Assembly: GCA_046581755.1 (NCBI GenBank)
Contig: JAYGFR010000209.1
Location: 1 to 10,977, forward strand
Direction: 5' to 3'
DNA length: 10,977 nt
Origin: Nitrospinota bacterium
Lineage (GTDB): Bacteria > UBA8248
In this document: positions 1 to 6,829 of the stretch, piece after piece
Layout: the number at the start of each line of letters is the position of its first letter
Position numbering within the stretch: the stretch's first letter is position 1
Made by a program: the position numbers and the translations under genes
The notes under the pieces: generated by a model
The model's database searches: none
Seen by the model: only the letters and a program-made list of their open reading frames with translations
Told to the model about the DNA's origin: nothing

Positions 1-148
1 CCCGGGAACCACCACAGGAAATGCGGGGAGGTTCGCGGGAGGGGCATCTCTTCCCGTCCCACTCCATCCGGCCGTCCTCCGGACGGGATCGAAGCGCCGG
101 GCATCGAAAATGGGTGGCTGAAATTCCAACCTATCCTGCCCGATCCCT

Positions 149-814
149 CTAGCCCCCGCTCCGCCACCCTCTCCAGAACGCGCCCAGGCCCAGGGCGAGG
201 CCGGGCCAGAACATCCACCAGGGATAGGGGCCGGGAATCTCCCCGCGCATGGCGGCGGGACCCTCCCAGAGATAGCTGACGACGATGATGAGGGCCGACG
301 CGGAGATGGCGGCCCAGCCGGGGGCGTCCAGGGCGTAGCGGCCGCCCCCTCCCACCCGCAGCGCCACCGCCGCGCCGCAGCCAATCAGCCCCGCCGAGAC
401 GGCCACCGGCGACCACACCGGCCCCACCCAGACGATGGGAATCAGGAAGAGAACGTCCATCGTGAAGATCGAGGGCGGCCAGCCGAGAACCGCCCAGAGC
501 CAGACGTAGTAAAAGATGTCCCACACCCCGAAGGCCACCATGAAAAGGGCGAACCGCACCCAGGGCCGGCGCGCACCGAGCCAGGCCGCCGAGACGAGCA
601 TGACCAGGGTCGCCGCCTCGCGGGCGATCTCGACGCCGAGGATGGATTCGATCAGTTCGGAGCGAAGCGGGAAGGCGAACCCTTCGGGGTAGAAGAGCTT
701 CCGCAGGTAAACGACGACGGCCGCCTCCACGAATGCGAAGGCGGCTGCCCATATCACTACGGCAACCAGTTTTTTTTTAATCTCCCGCTGCGTCAGATTG
801 GCCTCCCAGAACAC
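149..814 (-). CDS. Uncharacterised integral membrane protein (221 aa, several hydrophobic helices)
   Basis: GTG start at 814 with GGAGG upstream (823-827, minus strand), 15 nt after the AKR stop, so likely co-transcribed. Hydrophobic segments flank motifs EAAVVVYLR, EIAREAATLVML, FGVWDIFYYVWL and DVLFLIPIVWVGPVWSP, which I recall from a widespread hypothetical membrane family. Function unknown. Confidence 0.85.
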   Translation of the reverse strand: MFWEANLTQREIKKKLVAVVIWAAAFAFVEAAVVVYLRKLFYPEGFAFPLRSELIESILGVEIAREAATLVMLVSAAWLGARRPWVRFALFMVAFGVWDIFYYVWLWAVLGWPPSIFTMDVLFLIPIVWVGPVWSPVAVSAGLIGCGAAVALRVGGGGRYALDAPGWAAISASALIIVVSYLWEGPAAMRGEIPGPYPWWMFWPGLALGLGAFWRGWRSGG

Positions 815-829
815 GGGGGCTCCCTCCGG

Positions 830-1738
830 TTACAGCTCCCGGAGCCGGGTCATGGCCTCGGGGGGCAGCGCCTCGCCGCAGGCCGCGTTCTGGGTGGACT
901 GCTCCGGGGTGCGGATGCCGGGGATGACGCAGGTGACATCCGTGTTCGAGACGCAAAAGCGGAGCGCCGCGGTGGCGGGGCTGATCTTGAGCTGGCCGGC
1001 GATGTCCTGGAGCCGGTTCAGCTTGGCCTGGAATTTCTGGATATTCTCGGGCGAGAGCATTTTCTTTCTGCGGTCGCCCTCGGCGAACTCGAAGGTCTCG
1101 TCGATGCGCCCGCTCAGGAAGCCCCGCTTCAGCGGCACGCGCGATATGACGCCCATGCCCGCGGACTTGGCCCGCGCGAACGACTCCGCCGGGCTCTGCT
1201 CGAGGATGTTGTACTCCATCTGCATGACCGAGGGCTTGCTCTGCCCGACGGCGTAGTCGCACTCGGCGTCGGTGTTGACCGATACGCCCCAGTTTTTGAG
1301 CTTGCCGTCGTCCTTGGCTTTTTCGAGGACGGCGTAGCTGTCCTCGGCCTGCATGTTGTCGAGGTTGGGGTTGTGGAGGAGATACAGATCGATGGCCTCG
1401 ATTTCGAGGCGCTTGAGGCTGTTCTCCAGGGCGTTGGAGATGTACTCAGGCGTGAAATCGCGCTGGCCCGTCGCCATGTTGTTTCCACCCTTGGTGAAGA
1501 TGATGATGTCGTTGCGGTCGGAGCGCTCCTTGAGAAACTGGCTGATGATGTTTTCGCTCCTGCCCGCGCCGTAGGCGTCCGAGGTGTCGATAAAATTAAT
1601 CCCGCCGTCGATGGCCGCGTGGAGCGCCCGGTTGCTTTCGCCGTCGTCCACGGGCCCGAAGGCGCCGCCAATGGTCATGGCGCCGAAGCCGATGACCGTC
1701 ACCTCCAGCCCCGTATTGCCGAGCATGCGCTTTTCCAT
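830..1738 (-). CDS. Aldo/keto reductase family oxidoreductase (302 aa)
   Basis: N-terminus MEKRMLGNTGLEVTVIGFGAM; catalytic tetrad intact (D and Y in IDTSDAYG, K in IFTKGG, H in LYLLHNP); ENSLKRL, QMEYNIL and VIPGIRT motifs; SD AGGGGAG upstream of ATG. Confidence 0.95.
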   Translation of the reverse strand: MEKRMLGNTGLEVTVIGFGAMTIGGAFGPVDDGESNRALHAAIDGGINFIDTSDAYGAGRSENIISQFLKERSDRNDIIIFTKGGNNMATGQRDFTPEYISNALENSLKRLEIEAIDLYLLHNPNLDNMQAEDSYAVLEKAKDDGKLKNWGVSVNTDAECDYAVGQSKPSVMQMEYNILEQSPAESFARAKSAGMGVISRVPLKRGFLSGRIDETFEFAEGDRRKKMLSPENIQKFQAKLNRLQDIAGQLKISPATAALRFCVSNTDVTCVIPGIRTPEQSTQNAACGEALPPEAMTRLREL

Positions 1739-1945
1739 GTCGATCTCCCCTTTTCAATGGATTCGAGAATAATTCCAGAATTGAAACGCCCGCCGAGGGG
1801 GCGGGCCATCCGCCGATTCGGATTTCCGGTGATTCGGAAAGAGAATCATATCCGCCCGGCGGGATTCGGGCAATACGGCCCCGGGCCGCCTTCCGCGGTT
1901 CCGTGGCCCTCTCCCGCTGTCTCATGGCGAGGCCCCGGTCCTCCG

Positions 1946-1954
1946 TGGCATAAT
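1946..1954 (+). promoter_or_regulatory. Candidate extended -10 element (TGgCATAAT) for the EamA gene
   Basis: TG-n-CATAAT in an AT-rich patch about 50 nt upstream of the proposed start; pattern match only. Confidence 0.4.
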
Positions 1955-2002
1955 AAAAACGGTGTCTTTCCCGCAATACTCCTTTCCGCGGCAGGTGGCC
2001 TC

Positions 2003-2881
2003 TTGATCGAATCCCTTCATCCCAACACCATCGCGCTCATCGCCGCCTTTTTCACGGCCGCATCGCAGACTCTCATAGGCAAGGCCATCGGCCAGCTCAG
2101 CCCGGGGATGGCCGCCCTCATCGCAAACCTCATGATCGCTCTCGTGGCCACCCTGCTCTACGCCGCGGGAGACGGGATGGACGCCTGGCCCCCGATGGGC
2201 ATCTTCCTGTTCGCCGTCTCGGGCGTCACCGCCAACTTCGCCGCGCGCTACCTGATGTATTTGGCGATCAGCATCATCGGGCTCTCGCGGACCCAGGTTC
2301 TTTTTCAGTTCTCTCCGCTTTGGTCCTCGATCGTGGCGATCATTTTCCTGGGCGAGCGGCCCACCCTCGCGATCGGCCTCGGCACCCTGTTCATCGTTAG
2401 CGGCGCGATCCTCATCGTCGGCGACCGCAAGCGGGACAGCAAGAACATCCGCCTTTTCTACTACCTGCTTCCGATTTTGGCGGCGCTCATCATGGCGGCC
2501 GCACCGAGCATCCGTAAATTCGCCTTCACCCTCATCCCCTCGGCGACGTTTGGCCTCATGGTGGCCTGCATAGTGGCCTCCTCCCTCCAGGCGGCGATTC
2601 TGCCCTACACCGAGCGGAAAACGGGAATCCACGCTGAGATGCGGCCCCTCCTGATCGCCGTCGCGGGTGGGCTGCTGAACGCCGCCGCCGCCCTGACGTT
2701 CTGGACGTCGTTGAAGCTGGGCGAGGTGACCCAGGTGGTGCCCGTCCGGCGTCTCTCGGTGCTGCTCGTCGTCCTTTTTTCCTGGCTGTTCCTCGGAAAA
2801 CAGGACCGGATCACCTGGCGCGTCGTGGCCGGCGCCGCCATCACCCTGCTGGGCGGCGGCGCCATCGTCTGGAGCGGTTGA
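2003..2881 (+). CDS. EamA/DMT-family (drug/metabolite) transporter, ~292 aa
   Basis: C-terminal part of track ORF 1373..2881. About 10 hydrophobic helices in two repeats with EamA signatures (SPLWSSIVAIIFLGERPT; SVLLVVLFSWLFLGKQDRITW). Start reassigned to TTG 2003 (in frame, AGGTGG upstream) because the longer ORF overlaps the AKR gene antisense; exact start uncertain. Confidence 0.88.
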   Translation: MIESLHPNTIALIAAFFTAASQTLIGKAIGQLSPGMAALIANLMIALVATLLYAAGDGMDAWPPMGIFLFAVSGVTANFAARYLMYLAISIIGLSRTQVLFQFSPLWSSIVAIIFLGERPTLAIGLGTLFIVSGAILIVGDRKRDSKNIRLFYYLLPILAALIMAAAPSIRKFAFTLIPSATFGLMVACIVASSLQAAILPYTERKTGIHAEMRPLLIAVAGGLLNAAAALTFWTSLKLGEVTQVVPVRRLSVLLVVLFSWLFLGKQDRITWRVVAGAAITLLGGGAIVWSG

Positions 2882-2901
2882 CGCGCCCACCCGCCGGAGC
2901 C

Positions 2902-2945
2902 CCCTCGTCCGGGCCTCGCCCAGCCCTCGCCCGGCCCTCACCCGG
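2902..2945. repeat. 4 x 11-nt imperfect tandem repeat, consensus CCCTCGCCCGG
   Basis: Units ccctcgtccgg (2902-2912), gcctcgcccag (2913-2923), ccctcgcccgg (2924-2934) and ccctcacccgg (2935-2945), between the convergent EamA and DUF1330 genes. Confidence 0.8.
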
Positions 2946-2953
2946 TTGGGCCT

Positions 2954-3250
2954 TTAGGAGGCTGGCGGCTCGTCGAAGCTGATGAACACCATGTCCGCCG
3001 CCTCGTTGCGGTTCGGGATCAGCGCCTGATACTCGGGCGAGTCGTACCAGCCCTTGGCCGCGGCCTGATCCGGAAACCGGATGACAACGGCATTCTTGAG
3101 GGCGTGCTCTCCGTGAAACACATCGGCCACCTTCCCCCGGAGAATGAATTCGCCCCCGTGGTCCGCGACCGTTCCACGGGCGCTGTCCCCGTAGGCCTTG
3201 AACTTCTCCGGGTCCTTCACCTCCACATGAACAACGATAAAAGCTCCCAT
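2954..3250 (-). CDS. DUF1330 family protein (98 aa, dimeric alpha-beta barrel type)
   Basis: MGAFIVVHVEVKDPEKFKAY...HGGEFILRG...VVIRFPDQAAAKGWYDSPEYQALIPNR matches the DUF1330 pattern. Start placed at ATG 3250 because AGGAG lies 6 nt upstream (ATG 3256 abuts the SD). Confidence 0.9.
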   Translation of the reverse strand: MGAFIVVHVEVKDPEKFKAYGDSARGTVADHGGEFILRGKVADVFHGEHALKNAVVIRFPDQAAAKGWYDSPEYQALIPNRNEAADMVFISFDEPPAS

Positions 3251-3402
3251 TTTCATCTCCTGTCCGCCCCGCCGGAGCCCTCCCTTGCGGCGGCGCGCCG
3301 CCGGCCGGCTCCGTATGGCGGGATGCATTTGGTGGAATCCAGGCGTAAAATACCCGATTGGAGGTTGTGGAAAAAGCCGCGAACGCCGGAGAGGGAAATG
3401 CC

Positions 3403-3951
3403 ATGAAGCCGACAGTGGGTCTCATCGTTCTCATCGCGGGGTTTTTGGCCGCGCTACCCGTCGCAAAACCGGCCGCCGCCTTCGAGGCAGCCGACCTGGA
3501 CCGTCTCATAAAAACCAAGAGTTGCCCGGGCTGCGACCTGAGCGGGGCCAACCTGTGGAAACTCCCCCTCTACAAGGCCACCCTCAAGGGCACGAATCTG
3601 GAGGGCGCCAACCTTCAGGGCGTCGTTTTGTGGCAGGCCAACCTCGAGGGCGCGAATCTAAAAAAGGCGCTCCTGCTCGATACCAACTTCCGCCACGCGA
3701 ACCTGAAGGGGGCCGATCTGGAGGAGGCCGACATGCGCCGCTGCAACATCCGCTACGCCGACCTCCGGGGGGCGAATCTGTGGAGCGTCGATCTAAGACG
3801 GGGCTTTATGCAGGGGGCAAAAATGCAGGGCGCCAATCTCAAATACGCCAAGCTCCGGAGGGCCCTGATGAAGGAAGTGAACTTCGAGGGCGCCATCTGG
3901 GTCAACGGAAAAAAATGCGAAAAGGGCTCCATCGGCATGTGTCTGCAATAG
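3403..3951 (+). CDS. Exported pentapeptide-repeat protein (182 aa incl. signal peptide)
   Basis: ATG 3403 with GGAGAGGG upstream; Sec-pathway signal peptide MKPTVGLIVLIAGFLAALPVAKPAAA; 24 consecutive A(D/N)Lxx-type pentapeptides from CDLSG to VNFEG; capped by CPGC and GAIWVNGKKCEKGSIGMC. Confidence 0.93.
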   Translation: MKPTVGLIVLIAGFLAALPVAKPAAAFEAADLDRLIKTKSCPGCDLSGANLWKLPLYKATLKGTNLEGANLQGVVLWQANLEGANLKKALLLDTNFRHANLKGADLEEADMRRCNIRYADLRGANLWSVDLRRGFMQGAKMQGANLKYAKLRRALMKEVNFEGAIWVNGKKCEKGSIGMCLQ

Positions 3952-4023
3952 GCCACCGTCGCACCGGCCCGGAGAGGCCTGGCTTTCGGCCCGGCTTCGG
4001 GCCAGGCGGAGAGGGAGGGTTTC

Positions 4024-4380
4024 ATGACGTTCACCTGTTGGAATGATGTTCCGGCCGAGAACAACCGCCCCGGCGTCACCCACCGCCGCTTGTTCGGAAA
4101 AAACGTCCAGGTGCAGCGCCTCACCGTGGAGCCCGGCGGCGAGCCAGCCCCGCTGCACGATCATCCCGATATCGAACAGTTCTTCCTGATTCAGGAGGGC
4201 CAATGGGAGATGACCACCGGCGATGAGGTCCGCGAGGTCCGCCCCGGCGACATCGTCTACGTCGCCCCCGGCACTCCTCACCGCATCCGCCTCCTGAGCG
4301 AGCGGATCGGATACCTTTATGAAATCTACCAGCCCATCCTGAGCACCGAGACCGCCGAGGAAAGAGAACCCCTCGGATAG
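4024..4380 (+). CDS. Cupin-domain protein (118 aa)
   Basis: Cupin motif 1 PLHDHPDIEQFFLIQEG and motif 2 GDIVYVAPGTPHRI, with the 3His+Glu metal site intact; SD GGAGG upstream. Confidence 0.92.
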   Translation: MTFTCWNDVPAENNRPGVTHRRLFGKNVQVQRLTVEPGGEPAPLHDHPDIEQFFLIQEGQWEMTTGDEVREVRPGDIVYVAPGTPHRIRLLSERIGYLYEIYQPILSTETAEEREPLG

Positions 4381-4430
4381 TCCAGGCGAGAGCCCATCGG
4401 CCGGACCGTTTTCAAGGCGAGACCATTTTC

Positions 4431-4475
4431 AAAAAGAACGCCCTCCCGGAGCATCCGGGAGGGCGGCTTTTATTT
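4431..4475. terminator. Bidirectional rho-independent terminator between convergent cupin and selD
   Basis: Perfect 12-bp stem CGCCCTCCCGGA (4439-4450) / TCCGGGAGGGCG (4454-4465), loop GCA, flanked by AAAAAGAA on the left and CTTTTATTT on the right, giving U-tracts on both strands. Confidence 0.9.
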
Positions 4476-4490
4476 CGAGAAATATCTTTA

Positions 4491-5588
4491 TCAGGCATCC
4501 ACCTCGACCGTCCCGGCCGGGCCTTCGATCACCTCGCCGATGATCCGCGCGGCGGTGGCTCCCTTGGCGTGCATTTCCTCGACCATGGCGGCCGCCTTGG
4601 AAGAATCGGCCGCAATCAGCAGCCCGCCCGATGTTTGGGCGTCGTTCAGGATAGCGATCATCTCCCGGGTGAGGGCGGCCGAGGGCTCGACGAAACCCTT
4701 CGTCCACTCGCGGTTGCGCTCCCCGCCGCCCGCCGTGCCCGCCATGGCGTGGGGGAGCAGATCGTCGAACTGGGGCACATCGGCGAAGCGCACGCGCGCG
4801 CGCAAACCGCTCGCCTCCATGACATTGTGCAGGTGGCCGAGGAGGCCGAACCCGGTGATGTCGGTCGAGGCATGGGCACCGATCCGCACCATCGCGTCGC
4901 TGGCCGATTGGTTGAGGGCGCTCATGGAGGCCACCGCCTCATCGAAAACGCCGTCCTTGAGCTTGCCAGCGTCGCCGAAGATGCTGCGCGCGGCCTTGAG
5001 GACGGGGTTCACCGCCTTGGTGAGGTTGGTGATGATGCCGGTGCCGATCTTTTTCGTGAGGATGAGTCGATCGCCCGGCTTGGCGCCCTGGTTGGTTATC
5101 ATCTCGCGGGGATCGACCGTGCCGGTGACGGCGATGCCGTACTTGGGCTCGGGGTCGTCCACGCTGTGTCCGCCGAGGATGACGGCCCCCGCCTCGCGCA
5201 TCGCGTCGGCCCCTCCGGCCATGACGCGCCCGAGCAGGGCGAGCCCTAGGTGGCAGGGGAAGGCGACGAGGTTGAGCCCGGTGATGGGCCGCGCGCCCAT
5301 GGCGAAGCAGTCGCTCAGCGCGTTCGCCGCCGCGATCCGGCCAAAATCGTAGGCGTCGTCCACAATCGGCGTGAAGAAATCCACCGTCTGGACGATGGCC
5401 AGATCCTCGCGCAGCTTGTAGACGCCCGTATCGTCGCCCGCATTCGTGCCGTAGAGCAGGTTTGGATCGCTGAACGGCTCAAAACCGCTCAGCGCCTCTC
5501 GCAGGTCCTCCGGACCCAGTTTCGACCCTCAGCCGCCCGCCTTGACCAGGCTCGTGAGCCGGATTTTCTTCTCGGTTGCCGCCGTCAC
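4491..5588 (-). CDS. selD: Selenide, water dikinase (selenophosphate synthetase), selenocysteine-containing, 365 aa, Sec at codon 20
   Basis: Manual translation upstream of track ORF 4491..5384: GTG 5588 (SD AAGGAG) MTAATEKKIRLTSLVKAGG-[TGA 5529-5531]-GSKLGPEDLREALSGFEPFSDPNLLYGTNAGDDTGVYKLREDLAIVQTVDFFTPIVDD. The UGA falls at the catalytic C/U-x-x-K position. Downstream motifs NALSD, GGHS, TDITGFGLLGH and QTSGGLL are all present. Confidence 0.96.
5499..5525 (-). promoter_or_regulatory. Bacterial SECIS-like hairpin just 3' of the selD UGA
   Basis: mRNA UGA-GGG-UCG-AAAC-UGGGUCC-GGA-GGACCUG-CGA: a 7-bp upper stem (two G-U pairs) starting at nt 11 after the UGA, a G-initiated apical loop, an AAAC bulge and a 3-bp lower stem UCG/CGA. 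Confidence 0.8.
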
Positions 5589-5641
5589 TTCTGTCTCCTT
5601 CCCTTTCCCGTGTGGGCCATGGATGCGGCGCTCCCATCCGG

Positions 5642-5650
5642 CTTATACCA
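5642..5650 (-). promoter_or_regulatory. Candidate extended -10 element (TGgTATAAG) for selD
   Basis: Minus strand reads TGGTATAAG about 53 nt upstream of the GTG start; pattern match only. Confidence 0.4.
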
Positions 5651-5833
5651 CGAATCGGGAAAACCTATAAAGATGCGCTCCCCCCCGCCCGGGCCGCTCG
5701 GCGGTTGAATCCGCCGCGGCGCGGGTACATATTGGGCGCATTCAAACCCTCCGCGGCGCGGCCGCCACCGGGAGCATTCGGGGACGGCGCGGGCGGCATT
5801 CATTTTCCTCCGAAATCAAAAAGGGATGCCGAG

Positions 5834-6799
5834 ATGAAAGTGGTCATTTCCGACGATTACCAGGATTGTATCCGGGGCCTCGATTGCTTCGCCAAAATGG
5901 CGGACCACGAGGTGACCATCCACAACGACACCGTAAAGGAAGTGGACGCCATCGCCGAGCGGTTCGCGGACGCCGAGGCTGTCGTCCTCATCCGCGAGCG
6001 GACACCCATCACCGAGACGCTCCTCGATAAGCTCCCCAACCTCAAGCTCATTAGCCAGACCGCGCGCGGGGTCAACCATATCCCCCTGGAGGCCTGCACC
6101 CGCCGGGGGGTCGCCGTCGCCGCCGGGGGCGGAAACAAGAACGTCACGGCCGAGCTGACCTGGGGGCTCATCCTCGCGGCCTCACGCAACATCCCCCGCG
6201 AGGTCCAGGCCCTGAAAGAGGGGCGCTGGCAGACCTCCCTCGGCCACCGACTCACCGGCAAAACGCTAGGCATTTACGCCTACGGCGGCATCGGCAACAT
6301 TGTCGCCAAGGTCGGGGCCGCCTTCGGGATGAACGTCCTCGCCTGGGGCCGTGAGGGAAGCCGGGAGCGCGCCACCGCGGACGGCTTCGAGATGGCGGCG
6401 AGTCGAGAGACGTTTTTCGAGACATCGGACATCGTTTGCATTCACATCCCCCTCAAGCCGGACGCGCGGGGAATCGTCACCGCCGCCGATCTCGCCCGTA
6501 TGAAGCCGAGCGCGCTGTTCGTCAATACGAGCCGGGCGGGCCTCATCGAGGAGGGCGCCCTCCTCGCCGCCCTCAAGGCCGGCCGGCCGGGCTTCGCTGC
6601 GGTGGACGTTTACGAGGACGAACCCGTCCTGGGCGGGAACCATCCGCTTCTCGAGTTGGACAACTGCCTTTGCTCCCCCCACCTCGGCTACGTCTCGAAG
6701 GAATCGTTCGAGGAATACATCGGGGGCGCCTTCGACCGAATCACCGCTTTCGCCAAGGGCGAGCCCATCGACATCCTGAACCCCAAAGCGCTCAAATAG
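5834..6799 (+). CDS. D-isomer-specific 2-hydroxyacid dehydrogenase family protein (PGDH-like, 321 aa)
   Basis: Start reassigned to ATG 5834 (MKVVISDDYQ; AAGGGA upstream). Motifs RERTPI..LLDKLPNLKLI, TAELTWGLILA and GKTLGIYAYGGIG; catalytic R (NTSRAG), E (DVYEDEP) and H (SPHLGYV). Confidence 0.93.
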   Translation: MKVVISDDYQDCIRGLDCFAKMADHEVTIHNDTVKEVDAIAERFADAEAVVLIRERTPITETLLDKLPNLKLISQTARGVNHIPLEACTRRGVAVAAGGGNKNVTAELTWGLILAASRNIPREVQALKEGRWQTSLGHRLTGKTLGIYAYGGIGNIVAKVGAAFGMNVLAWGREGSRERATADGFEMAASRETFFETSDIVCIHIPLKPDARGIVTAADLARMKPSALFVNTSRAGLIEEGALLAALKAGRPGFAAVDVYEDEPVLGGNHPLLELDNCLCSPHLGYVSKESFEEYIGGAFDRITAFAKGEPIDILNPKALK

Positions 6800-6829
6800 C
6801 TCAAAAGTTCCAATAGACGGAGACCTCCC

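Noticed and set aside
1..86. Possible minus-strand gene start at ATG 67 (GGAGG 8 nt upstream, inside hairpin CCGTCC-TCC-GGACGG) or ATG 47, running off the left edge
   Set aside because: Only 15-22 codons are visible and neither translation is recognisable; cannot be supported without flanking sequence.
1373..2002. N-terminal 210-aa extension of the 502-aa track ORF
   Set aside because: It overlaps the AKR gene antisense and the divergent promoter region; transporter-like sequence only begins near 2003.
2879..2881. Terminal TGA codons of EamA (2879-2881) and the CoA-transferase (10282-10284) as possible Sec codons
   Set aside because: Both fall at the natural end of complete domains, with no SECIS-like stem or protein-like continuation.
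3977..4007. GC-rich hairpin(s) between the pentapeptide and cupin genes as a terminator
   Set aside because: The stem GGCCCG-GCTT-CGGGCC has no U-tract, and such stems are common at this GC content.
4491..5588. selD as a pseudogene with a premature stop
   Set aside because: The only interruption is a UGA exactly at the catalytic Cys/Sec site, followed by a SECIS-like hairpin; all other motifs are intact.
5576..5833. N-terminal extension of the 407-aa dehydrogenase ORF
   Set aside because: Low-complexity Pro/Arg/Ala-rich translation of intergenic DNA overlapping the selD start; the family-like sequence begins at ATG 5834.
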